Below, piece after piece: positions 55,553-64,000 of a stretch of DNA of 64,000 nt. The translations under genes and the position numbers were made by a program. The first letter of the stretch is position 1, and every line of letters begins with the position of its first letter. Origin of the DNA: Desulfobacterales bacterium (GTDB lineage: Bacteria; Desulfobacterota; Desulfobacteria; Desulfobacterales; UBA5852); assembly GCA_963674755.2 (NCBI GenBank), contig CAXXVS010000003.1, positions 640,001-704,000 on the forward strand. Direction: 5' to 3'. The notes below the pieces were generated by a model. It ran no database searches. It saw only the letters and a list, made by a program, of their open reading frames with translations, and was not told where the DNA came from.

Positions 55553-56631
55553 TATGTCTCCGGCGGTGTGACAGGCAGGGTCAGGTGGATCTGGAAGCGC
55601 CCCTCCTCCAGGGTGGCGGAAACCTTTCCGCCGTGGGCTTCCACCAGTTCCTTGACAATGGCCAGTCCGATGCCGGCCCCGCCGTGTTGCCGCGAGCGGG
55701 ATTTCTCGCCGCGGTAGAAGCGCTCGAACAGATAGGGCAGGTCGTCGGCCACGAGCCGGTCGGCGCGGTTGCCGTAGTCGATGCGCACCTGATGGTCATC
55801 CCCTGTCAGGCGGATCTCGATGCGCCCCCCGGCCGGCGAATAGCGGACCGCGTTGTCGGTCAGGTTGCGCATGACCCGGGCCAGGCGGCGCCGGTCCCCG
55901 GCCACGATCAGCGGGCTTTCCGGGAGGTCCACGTTAACGGTGACGGACTTCTCCTCCATGGTGCGGGCAAAGGGCGCCAGGGCGGTCCGGATGATGTCTG
56001 TCAGGTCCGTGGGCGCCAGATCGAGCCGGCCGTGGGCCGCATCGGCCCGGGCCAGCTGCAGAACGTCTTCCACCAGCTCGGCCAGTCGCAGGGTTTCCGT
56101 CTGCAGCAGGGTGAAGGTTTCCTTGGAAAAGGGCAGCACGCGGTCGTCCAGGGCTTCCAGGTAGCCGCGGATATTGGTAAGGGGGGTGCGCAGCTCGTGG
56201 GCCACGTCGATCATCAGGGTGCGGCGCAGGCGTTCGATGGCCTCCAGGCTGGCGGCCATCTGGTTGAAGGCCTGGGCCAGCTGGCCCACCTCGTCCCGGG
56301 AACCGACCGGCACCCGGGTGCCGAAATTCCCTTCGGCGATTTCGCGCGAGATGACGGTCATGCGGGAGAGGGGCGCCAGGACGCGCCGCATCATGAGAAA
56401 GCTCAGCAGCACGGCCAGGGCTACGGCCCCGGCAAACGCCCACAACAGATAGCGGTGGATGGCGCTTACGAACATGGCGTGGGCCGGCCTGGGCGAGATG
56501 TTGTACTTCTCCATGAGGGTCACGAAATAGCCCGCCGCCAGGGTGTCGATGGAAAACCAGACGATGACCATGGCAAAGCAGATGACGATCAGGTGGATGG
56601 CCAGCAGCTTGAGGATCAGGTAGCGCTTCAA
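55552..56631 (-). CDS. Sensor histidine kinase (HAMP-HisKA-HATPase)
   Basis: Two TM helices, HAMP, VAHELRTPL, NAVRYS, FERFYR, GAGIGLAIV; start at TTG 56631. Confidence 0.93.
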   Translation of the reverse strand: MKRYLILKLLAIHLIVICFAMVIVWFSIDTLAAGYFVTLMEKYNISPRPAHAMFVSAIHRYLLWAFAGAVALAVLLSFLMMRRVLAPLSRMTVISREIAEGNFGTRVPVGSRDEVGQLAQAFNQMAASLEAIERLRRTLMIDVAHELRTPLTNIRGYLEALDDRVLPFSKETFTLLQTETLRLAELVEDVLQLARADAAHGRLDLAPTDLTDIIRTALAPFARTMEEKSVTVNVDLPESPLIVAGDRRRLARVMRNLTDNAVRYSPAGGRIEIRLTGDDHQVRIDYGNRADRLVADDLPYLFERFYRGEKSRSRQHGGAGIGLAIVKELVEAHGGKVSATLEEGRFQIHLTLPVTPPET

Positions 56632-56645
56632 GGCGTGTTCCCCCC

Positions 56646-57338
56646 CTATTCCTCGGAATCGGCAAAGCGGTAGCCGATGCCCCGGGCGGTGAGGATGTAG
56701 CGCGGCCGGGACGGGCGGGGCTCGATTTTCTGGCGCAGCTTGTTGATATGCACGTCCACCACGCGCTCGATCACCACGGCCTCGCCCCGGGGATAGAGCC
56801 GGTCCAGGAGCTCGTCCCGGGTGAAGATCCGGCCGGGGGCGCCCATGAGGGCTTCCAGCAGGGCGTATTCGTGGGGCGTCAGGCTGACCGTCTCGCCCTT
56901 GACCTGCAGCCGTCGCTTCTCCAGATCGAGCCGGATATCCCCGTGGGCACGCTGTTTCCCTGGGCGGTCCGCGGAGGGCGCCGTCCGGCGCAGGATGGCC
57001 TTGACCCGGGCCATCAGCTCCCGGGGGCTGAAGGGTTTGACCACGTAGTCGTCGGCCCCCAGGGTGAGGCCGGCCACCCGGTCGATTTCCTCCCCCCGGG
57101 CGGTGAGCATGATGATGGGGACCTCGGAGGCCTTGCGCAGCTGCCGGCAGACCTCCCAGCCGTCCATATCCGGCAGCATGAGGTCCAGGATGACCAGGCT
57201 GGGGGCCTGGCGGCGGGCCTGGGCCAGGCCCGCGGGCCCATCCCCGGCGGTCAGGGCGCGGAACCCCTCCCGTTCCAGATAAAGGGCTACCAGAGCGGCG
57301 GTATTGTGATCGTCTTCGATGACCAGTACGGTTTGCAT
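56646..57338 (-). CDS. OmpR-family response regulator
   Basis: VIEDD, ILDLMLP, GADDYVVKPF, winged HTH ending RGIGY. Confidence 0.95.
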   Translation of the reverse strand: MQTVLVIEDDHNTAALVALYLEREGFRALTAGDGPAGLAQARRQAPSLVILDLMLPDMDGWEVCRQLRKASEVPIIMLTARGEEIDRVAGLTLGADDYVVKPFSPRELMARVKAILRRTAPSADRPGKQRAHGDIRLDLEKRRLQVKGETVSLTPHEYALLEALMGAPGRIFTRDELLDRLYPRGEAVVIERVVDVHINKLRQKIEPRPSRPRYILTARGIGYRFADSEE

Positions 57339-57349
57339 GGTCGCCCTCG

Positions 57350-57393
57350 CAGGCCGCGCATAAACGGCGCCTCAAGCCGAAATGCGGCTGCCG
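57350..57393 (+). repeat. Family 1 repeat, left-arm remnant
   Basis: CAGGCCG...TAAACGGCGCCTCAAGCCGAAATGCGG closely matches 51758-51795. Confidence 0.75.
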
Positions 57394-57467
57394 TTGGAAT
57401 CTTGTGATGTATTCTCGGTACCTCCCCACCATAAAGATGGTTGGGATGGAATGCAAACGGGCCGCAG

Positions 57468-57881
57468 CTAAGGCAGCATTTTCAGAAGATCGGAAAGGCT
57501 GATCACAAACTGGCCCACCCCATCGTGGAGATAGATGCCGATCTGGGCGATCAGGCGATAGGCCAGGGCGAACTGGGCCAGGGCCCATCCGGCGATGGTG
57601 AACTGGCTGACACTGACCAGGCCTATGCCGAACTGCGACAGGGTAACCCCCCCGCAGGCAAACTGCCCGATGGCGATGACACCCCGGGCCACCACCGGTA
57701 CCCGGTTGGGGCGGTATTTGAAGGAGACATGCACCAGGGGCCATCCCAAAAAGGTGGCCTGGGTCTTGTATTCGAAGCCGTAGCCGTCCCATTGCGGCTT
57801 GGCCGGATAAGGGGCTCCGCAGTTGGGGCAGGCCATAGCGTCAGACGCGACCGGATGCCGGCAGGATCGGCAGGGGGTCAT
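57468..57881 (-). CDS. Hypothetical zinc-ribbon protein with Gly-rich repeats
   Basis: CRSC...CPNCG, EYKTQ...GWPLVHV...ARGVIAIGQFA, periodic xQF repeats. Confidence 0.72.
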   Translation of the reverse strand: MTPCRSCRHPVASDAMACPNCGAPYPAKPQWDGYGFEYKTQATFLGWPLVHVSFKYRPNRVPVVARGVIAIGQFACGGVTLSQFGIGLVSVSQFTIAGWALAQFALAYRLIAQIGIYLHDGVGQFVISLSDLLKMLP

Positions 57882-57899
57882 TATTCCCGATGCTCCTCA

Positions 57900-59039
57900 C
57901 TAATATAGTTCATATTTAACCAGCCGGCCGTCCAGGCCGCCCGTGGCCAGAGGCTTCTTCCAGGAGGGCTTCAGGCCCATGTTTTTGATATAGGCGCGTT
58001 CGCCGAAGTAGATAAAGGCCGTGGACCGGCGGCAGCGTTGTTTGAGAAAATCCCCCAACCGGCGGTAGAAGGCGGGCAGATCTTCCCCCTGGCTTAACCG
58101 GATGCCATAGGGCGGGTTGCAGACGATGACCTTGTCTTCGATAGCCGGGATGTCGAACGCGTCCCGCCGCTCGATGGTGATGTGGTGGTTGCGGGTGATG
58201 GCGTCCGCATTGGTACGCGCGGCCCGGACTGCGGCCGGGTCCAGATCGCTGCCGCTGATGAGGCCCGGCGGCGTCAGGACACGCTGGTTGAGCCCTTCCC
58301 GCTTGACCTGCTGCCACAGGGTATCTTTGAAGCCGGGAAGATGTTGGAAGCCGAAATGCTCCCGCAGAATCCCGGCCGGGGTGCCGGAGGCCGCCATATA
58401 GGCCTCGCACAGGAGGGTGCCGGATCCGCAGAAGGGATCCACCAGGGGGCGGCGGCCATCCCATTCCGTCAGGCGAATGACCGCTGCGGCCAACGTTTCC
58501 ACCATGGGCGCGGCGACCGTCGCGCGGCGGTAGCCCCGGCGGTGCAGGGAGCCGCCCGAGGTATCCAGGCTGATGGTGGCCTGGTTTTTTTCGATATGCA
58601 GATTGAACCAGATGTCCGGGCTACGGGTGTCGATGGAGGGGCGCCGGCCGGTGCGCTGGCGGAAGTAATCCACTACCGCATCTTTAAGGCGCAATCCGGC
58701 GAACTGGGAATGGGTGATGGCGCTGTTGGCGACCGAGGCGAAGACGGCGAAGGTGCGGTCGGGATCGAGAAAGTCCTCCCATCGGATGCCGGCCGCCCGC
58801 CGGTAGAGCGCGTCATCGGACGGACAGGGGAAGGTAACCAGCGGCGCCAGCACGCGGCTGATCAACCGGGATTGGTGGTTGATCCGGTAGAGGACCTCGG
58901 GGGCCGCGTTGAAATGAAGGCCCCGGTAGGCGCTGCTGACCGCCGATGCGCCCAGGGCATCCAGCTCTGCCGCGGCCAGGTCTTTGATATCGTTGGCCAC
59001 CTGGGCGAAATAGCGATTTGTCTTTTGATAGAGATACAT
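57900..59039 (-). CDS. THUMP-domain class I SAM-dependent RNA methyltransferase (RlmL-like)
   Basis: SLHRRGYR, DPFCGSGT, NPPYG. Confidence 0.92.
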   Translation of the reverse strand: MYLYQKTNRYFAQVANDIKDLAAAELDALGASAVSSAYRGLHFNAAPEVLYRINHQSRLISRVLAPLVTFPCPSDDALYRRAAGIRWEDFLDPDRTFAVFASVANSAITHSQFAGLRLKDAVVDYFRQRTGRRPSIDTRSPDIWFNLHIEKNQATISLDTSGGSLHRRGYRRATVAAPMVETLAAAVIRLTEWDGRRPLVDPFCGSGTLLCEAYMAASGTPAGILREHFGFQHLPGFKDTLWQQVKREGLNQRVLTPPGLISGSDLDPAAVRAARTNADAITRNHHITIERRDAFDIPAIEDKVIVCNPPYGIRLSQGEDLPAFYRRLGDFLKQRCRRSTAFIYFGERAYIKNMGLKPSWKKPLATGGLDGRLVKYELY

Positions 59040-59192
59040 GCGCCCCCGGGTTGTTCGAACTAGTTGAATGCAGCGTGCGACCGGCTGCGGTAATTCTTGT
59101 CAGTTGTATAAGTATATCAGACGACAGGGAGGCATGCCAAGGCAGGCGTGTCTGGATCGACCACTGATCTCAGCGGAACGGGTCCGGACGGT

Positions 59193-59381
59193 CTACTGCT
59201 CGTAGAAGATCCGGTAAGGGTGGCGATACTGGTAGACATAGGCCACACCGTCCGTGGTGTCGATGAGGAAATAATCGTAGTCGATACCCCTGGCTTCAAG
59301 CAGGGTTTTTACCACGTCGTAGCTCATGTGGTTCAGGTCGGTGACCCGGTACACCAGTCTGTAGGGGTGTTCCCGTTTCAT
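59193..59381 (-). CDS. Small Tyr-rich hypothetical protein (62 aa)
   Basis: GAAGGTGA RBS, GC-biased third codon positions, HPYR near both ends. Confidence 0.55.
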   Translation of the reverse strand: MKREHPYRLVYRVTDLNHMSYDVVKTLLEARGIDYDYFLIDTTDGVAYVYQYRHPYRIFYEQ

Positions 59382-59726
59382 GCGATCACCTTCTTTCACT
59401 TATAATATAGGCATTGCATGGGTCGGATGCACACAACGGCAACGCCCGGATGGGGCGGTGCCTGACATTTGATCCAAATCCGCCGCTTTGGGCGGAGGGC
59501 CCCCCCTGTGGGCCTCATAGCGCCGGGTATCGCCGGAAACCGGAGTCCCAAAGGAAAATTGACCCGCGAAGCCGCATCTGCTATCGGGGTGATCATCTGC
59601 CGACCCGATACCGCCCGGGCCGCATGACGGACCCATTTTCAACCTCGAGACCGGACCACGTGCCGAACGCCGCCCCCGCCCGCCACCCTTGGGCGATATT
59701 GCCGGAAGGGGCCGAAAGGGTTTCCC

Positions 59727-60398
59727 ATGAGCGATGACTACCGCCGCATCGCCCCCTGGTACGATGTGTTGCTCGGTCCTTTTATCAGATCGCTGCGCCC
59801 CACGGGCTTCCGCCTTTTCCGGCCCGGACGGCATACGAACGTGCTGGAGGTGGGCTGCGGCACGGGCATGCAGCTGGCCCTTTTCAGGGCCCAGGGCTGC
59901 CGCGTAACGGGTATCGACCTGTCCACGGCCATGCTGCGGGTGGCCCGCGCGCGTCTGGACCGGGGCACACTCGTATGCCGGGGCGATGCCGCCCGCCTGC
60001 CCTACCCGGCGGAAACCTTCGATCTTGTCATGGCGACCCTGGTCCTGCACGAGATGGATCCGGCCGTGCGGTCAGCCGTGGTGGAAGACATGCTGCGGGT
60101 TATAGGGCACCATGGCCGGCTCGGCATCATCGACTACCACCCGCAGCCCCGCCCCTCGTTGAAGGGAGCCGTGGCAAGCGGCATCATCCGCGGCATCGAG
60201 CGGGCCGCCGGGCGGCGGCACTATACCAACTTCCGTCATTTCCGCGCGGCTGGAGGCATCCCCGGACTGGCCGCCCGCCACGGATTGCATATCGAGGGCT
60301 GCCAACAGGTCAGCGGCGGCAATATCGGCATCTACCGTTTGCGCCGAATGCCGCCGGGAGAAGGACCTGAAATGCAAAAGGCCCAAGGCGAGCAATGA
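59727..60398 (+). CDS. Class I SAM-dependent methyltransferase
   Basis: VLEVGCGTG, GIDLS, GDAARLPY...FD. Confidence 0.9.
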   Translation: MSDDYRRIAPWYDVLLGPFIRSLRPTGFRLFRPGRHTNVLEVGCGTGMQLALFRAQGCRVTGIDLSTAMLRVARARLDRGTLVCRGDAARLPYPAETFDLVMATLVLHEMDPAVRSAVVEDMLRVIGHHGRLGIIDYHPQPRPSLKGAVASGIIRGIERAAGRRHYTNFRHFRAAGGIPGLAARHGLHIEGCQQVSGGNIGIYRLRRMPPGEGPEMQKAQGEQ

Positions 60399-60462
60399 TG
60401 ACTTCCACTCATCCGTAGCCGGATGTTAACCCTCAGGGAAAATGGTTCAAACAGGAGACACC

Positions 60463-61566
60463 ATGACGTCCAAAGTCTATTTCTGGAATCTGCGCACGTC
60501 CATGAAAATGCCCTATGACAAGCGGATCAAGAAGCTGATCAAGCGGGCGGGCATCTTTGCGGCCATCACGTCCAGGGAACTGGTGGCGGTCAAACTCCAT
60601 TTCGGCGAGGCCGGCACCACCGCTTTCATCTCACCCCTGCAGGTGGCCCCCATCGTGGCCCTCATCAAAAAAACCGGCGCCAAGCCGTTTCTGGCCGACA
60701 CCAATACCCTCTATCAGGGCCAGCGTTTCGAAGGGGTCTCCCATGCCCTGGTGGCGGCCCGGCACGGCTTCGATCCCAACATTATCGGGGCCCCGGTGGT
60801 GATCGCCGACGGCCTGTGCAGCGGCAACGCCCGGGAGATTCCTTGCAAAGGCCGGCATTTCGAGACCTGCAGTATCGCCGGCGACATTGCGGACGCCGAT
60901 GCCCTGGTGACCCTCAACCATTTCAAGGGGCATCTCCTGGCGGGCTTTGGCGGTGCCCTGAAGAACCTGGCCATGGGGTGCGCCACGGTCCAGGGCAAAA
61001 TGCAGCAGCACTGCGGCCTGGGGCCGAACCTGATGTCGAAGAAGTGCACCGGCTGCGGATCCTGCGTGGCGGCCTGCCTCTACGGAGCGCTTGCCCTGAA
61101 AAAGAAGAAGGCGGCCATCGACCGGGAGCGTTGCGTGGGCTGCGGCGCCTGCATGCACGCCTGCGAATTCGGGGCCCTCATGATCGACTGGAAGGCGGAC
61201 ACGCCGGTATTCCTCGAACGGCTGGTGGAATATGCAGCGGCGGCCTTGGCCCCCCATCCCAAGACCGCCCACATCACATTTGTGACGCATGTCAGTCCCG
61301 GTTGCGACTGCGAGGGGCATTCGGACGCGCCCATCTGCCCGGACATCGGGGTGCTGGCCTCCAACGATCCCGTGGCCGTGGACCAGGCTGCCCTGGACAT
61401 GGTGAACCAGGCCCCCCCGTCCTACCCGAGCGCGCTGCCCAAAGATCTGGCCGCCGGCGCCGACAAGTTCAAGGCCCTCCATGCGGACGTCGACGGGACC
61501 TACGCCCTGGACTATGCCGAAAAACTGGGCCTGGGAAGCCGGACCTACGAACTGGTTCAATCCTGA
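60463..61566 (+). CDS. DUF362 domain Fe-S protein
   Basis: VKLHFGE, HFKGH...GGALKNLAMGC, two CxxCxxCxxxC motifs, CDC, DPVAVD. Confidence 0.9.
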   Translation: MTSKVYFWNLRTSMKMPYDKRIKKLIKRAGIFAAITSRELVAVKLHFGEAGTTAFISPLQVAPIVALIKKTGAKPFLADTNTLYQGQRFEGVSHALVAARHGFDPNIIGAPVVIADGLCSGNAREIPCKGRHFETCSIAGDIADADALVTLNHFKGHLLAGFGGALKNLAMGCATVQGKMQQHCGLGPNLMSKKCTGCGSCVAACLYGALALKKKKAAIDRERCVGCGACMHACEFGALMIDWKADTPVFLERLVEYAAAALAPHPKTAHITFVTHVSPGCDCEGHSDAPICPDIGVLASNDPVAVDQAALDMVNQAPPSYPSALPKDLAAGADKFKALHADVDGTYALDYAEKLGLGSRTYELVQS

Positions 61567-61709
61567 CATTTCAACCCCCGGCCGACCCCGGTCCTGACGG
61601 CGGGCGTCGGCCAGGGGGTTGTCGATGGCGAAAACAATGCCCATTTCTATTCAGGCAGACCGCTGGGGATTTTGCCGCCGGACATGAACCCGCAATCAGG
61701 GAGGCGATC

Positions 61710-62243
61710 ATGGTGGAATCGAATCCGTTGTCAGGTTTTGCGATTGTAGCCGGAATGCCATCGGAAGCGCTGGCCGAGATGGGGCGGCGGACGACCGTCA
61801 AGACCTTCGGGGCCGGAGACGTCCTTTTTGAGGAGGGCGTCCTGGCGACCGAGCTCTACGGCCTCCTGGAAGGCGAGGTCACCCTGAGCCTGGTTTTCCA
61901 GGACCGGGTGCTCAAGGCGGATGTCCGCCACGAGGAATACGTGCACAAACGGGTGGAAGTGATCGAGCAGGAAATGGTTTTCGAGACCATCGAGCCCGGT
62001 GAGATTTTTGCCTGGTCGGCCCTGATTCCCCCCCACCAGCTGACCGCCACCGCCCGCTGTACCGTACCCACGCGGGTGGTGGCCTTGCCGGCCGAGGACC
62101 TGGAGGACATTTTAGCGCGCCATCCCGAGGCCGGCGGACTGTTCATGAAGCATCTGGCCGAAGTGATCGCCCGGCGGCTGCGGCAGCGCACCGACAAGCT
62201 CATCGCAAGCTGGTATCAGGCCTTCGGGGAGGAGCGCCTGTGA
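61710..62243 (+). CDS. Cyclic nucleotide-binding domain protein
   Basis: LFEEG...LYGLLEGEV...GEIFAWSAL...TATARC; GGAGG RBS before ATG 61710. Confidence 0.85.
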   Translation: MVESNPLSGFAIVAGMPSEALAEMGRRTTVKTFGAGDVLFEEGVLATELYGLLEGEVTLSLVFQDRVLKADVRHEEYVHKRVEVIEQEMVFETIEPGEIFAWSALIPPHQLTATARCTVPTRVVALPAEDLEDILARHPEAGGLFMKHLAEVIARRLRQRTDKLIASWYQAFGEERL

Positions 62244-62267
62244 GGGCGATCCGGCAGGGAGCCGGCT

Positions 62268-63104
62268 TTGAACGGAACTGAAACGGACGCCTGGGCCCCC
62301 CAGGATTTCGCCGATCTGCAGACGGCCGTCGGGCTGCTGGAACGAACGCCCTTCATCGCCCGCCTGACGCATTTCGCCGGGCAGCCCATCGAAAAGATGA
62401 TGACCACCCTGCCGCAGCCGGTCGCCGCGGGTGTTCACGGCGCGGTCCGGGCCACCGTGACCCGCTTGCTGGGTCTGGCCCTGAAGACCATGGACGGAAG
62501 CGCCCACCCGAAGCCCTCCCGACGGCTCCATAAAATGGCCGGCGGCCTGAGCGGCGCCGTGGGCGGGGCCTTCGGCCTGTCCGCGCTGGCCGTCGAGTTG
62601 CCCCTTTCCACCGCCATCATGCTGCGCGCCATTGCCGCTATCGCCCGCAGCGAGGGGGAGGATCTGGCAACGGTGGAAAGCCGCCTGGCCTGCCTGGAGG
62701 TTTTCGCCCTGGGGGGACGGGGTTCAGCGGACGATGCGGCCGATACCGGTTATTATGCCGTGCGGGCTTCCCTGGCCAAGACCTTGAGCGAGGCCGCCCA
62801 GTATATCGCCCGCAAGGGGCTGACGGATAAGGGCGCCCCGGTGCTGGTGCGCCTGATGACCCAGATCGCTTCCCGGTTAGGCGTCCTGGTTTCGGAAAAA
62901 GCGGCCGTCCAGGCGGTGCCTGTTATCGGGGCGGCCGGCGGGGCGGCCATCAATCTGCTGTTCATCGATCATTTCCAGGACACCGCCCGGGGGCATTTCA
63001 TCGTGCGCCGTCTGGAACGGACGTATGGGAAAGAAGCGGTGCAGCACGCTTACCATGAACTGCGCCGGTTCGGCGCAGCATCATCCACCGAATCCCCGGA
63101 ATGA
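62268..63104 (+). CDS. EcsC family protein
   Basis: VELPLSTAIMLRAIA.IARSEGED, QAVPVIGAAGG, ARGHFIVRRLER. Confidence 0.85.
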   Translation: MNGTETDAWAPQDFADLQTAVGLLERTPFIARLTHFAGQPIEKMMTTLPQPVAAGVHGAVRATVTRLLGLALKTMDGSAHPKPSRRLHKMAGGLSGAVGGAFGLSALAVELPLSTAIMLRAIAAIARSEGEDLATVESRLACLEVFALGGRGSADDAADTGYYAVRASLAKTLSEAAQYIARKGLTDKGAPVLVRLMTQIASRLGVLVSEKAAVQAVPVIGAAGGAAINLLFIDHFQDTARGHFIVRRLERTYGKEAVQHAYHELRRFGAASSTESPE

Positions 63105-63122
63105 GGATCGAAAGGAATCCCC

Positions 63123-63668
63123 GTGCGCGTGGCATTGTGTATCATCATGCTGGTTTTGGGCGGATGTGTCGCCGTTCCGGATGGTGTCGAACCGGTGCGG
63201 GAATTCGAACTGGTCCGCTATCTGGGGCGCTGGTATGAGATCGCACGCCTGGACCATTCTTTCGAAAGGGGGCTCACCCGGGTGACGGCCGACTACAGCC
63301 TGCGGGAGGACGGGCGTGTGCGCGTCCTCAACCGCGGCTACCGTCCGAAGGAGGACCGCTGGGAGACCGCCGAGGGGGTGGCCGATTTCGTGGGCCCTTC
63401 GGATGTGGGGCGCCTCAAGGTGTCCTTTTTCGGACCTTTCTACGGTGCCTACAACATCATCGCCCTGGATAAAGCCCACTACGGCTATGCATTGGTGTGC
63501 GGCCCGGATCGATCCTATTTGTGGATTCTATCCCGGGAGCCCCGTCTGGACCCGGCCGTGTTTGAAGATCTTGCGGGTCGTGCCCAAGACCTGGGGTTCG
63601 CTGTTGAGGCGCTGATCCGGGTGAATCAGGAACCGGTTGACCGCACCCGGGCTGGCGATCAATTTTAG
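63123..63668 (+). CDS. blc: Bacterial lipocalin
   Basis: Lipobox LGGC, RYLGRWYEIAR, LKVSFFGPFYG, YLWILSR. Confidence 0.93.
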   Translation: MRVALCIIMLVLGGCVAVPDGVEPVREFELVRYLGRWYEIARLDHSFERGLTRVTADYSLREDGRVRVLNRGYRPKEDRWETAEGVADFVGPSDVGRLKVSFFGPFYGAYNIIALDKAHYGYALVCGPDRSYLWILSREPRLDPAVFEDLAGRAQDLGFAVEALIRVNQEPVDRTRAGDQF

Positions 63669-63718
63669 TTCATGGATCCCTTTTGGACACTGCCCGGGGA
63701 CGGCAGGTAAGGCGCTCT

Positions 63719-64000
63719 CTATGGGCGGCCCGTCGTATTCTCCGCCAGGCTGGTCATGGCGGTCTGAATATAGGCGTTAAGCTCTTTTGACATTTCCCGG
63801 GTCCGCTGTTCATCATGGACGGCTTCCGCCCGGGGTGCGGGGTAAAGCTGATAGGTGCTGAGGACGAAGCGATCGTCCTGGGTCCGGGTCAGCACATAAT
63901 CGCCTTTGATGAGCGCCGTGGTCTGATCGCTTCCGGACGGCTTGATGACGCCGAACCCGGGATCGTCAGCCGGCAGCGCCAGCAAGTCGCGCCCCCAGCA
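63719..64000 (-). CDS. 3' end of a gene entering from beyond the window, possibly LTA synthase/sulfatase family
   Basis: Frame is open to the window edge: ...WGRDLLALPADDPGFGVIKPSGS...AYIQTA. Confidence 0.55.
   Translation of the reverse strand, partial: CWGRDLLALPADDPGFGVIKPSGSDQTTALIKGDYVLTRTQDDRFVLSTYQLYPAPRAEAVHDEQRTREMSKELNAYIQTAMTSLAENTTGRP

Noticed and set aside
55552..57792. 746-aa kinase ORF as given in the track
   Set aside because: The N-terminal 387 codons overlap the response regulator and another gene out of frame; the kinase starts at TTG 56631.
60816..62243. 475-aa ORF
   Set aside because: Only the part from ATG 61710 looks like a protein; the rest overlaps the DUF362 gene out of frame.
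1..64000. CRISPR array, tRNA/rRNA genes, transposase or integrase genes, prophage
   Set aside because: No regularly spaced repeats or matching motifs seen; the repeats present are dispersed palindromes.

Overview
GC-rich bacterial chromosome segment whose gene content points to a Desulfobacterales-like deltaproteobacterium (inference). The left third is core housekeeping: partial dnaK, grpE, SRP RNA, tilS-ftsH-folP-coaX-tag, a pilT/pilU operon, divIVA/yggT, ccdA-thioredoxin, and convergent class III (nrdDG) and class II (nrdJ) ribonucleotide reductases with NrdR boxes. The middle holds a TetR-headed acyl-CoA catabolic cluster with two unusual multidomain fusions sharing a near-identical SDR block, and a four-gene putative c-di-GMP-gated polysaccharide synthase/export operon near an intact diguanylate cyclase. 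The right third is an accessory patchwork rich in long palindromic repeats, gene remnants and a two-component system-msrAB locus. Best leads: (1) an exported 96-aa protein missed by the ORF track, with an in-frame TGA and a SECIS-like hairpin (candidate selenoprotein, HMA/mini-MsrA-like) downstream of msrAB; (2) the putative exopolysaccharide system; (3) a covarying ~140-165 bp hairpin repeat family with five full copies and one partial; (4) a second ~260 bp structured repeat bracketing foreign-looking genes. All calls come from motif recognition by eye; no database searches or folding programs were run.
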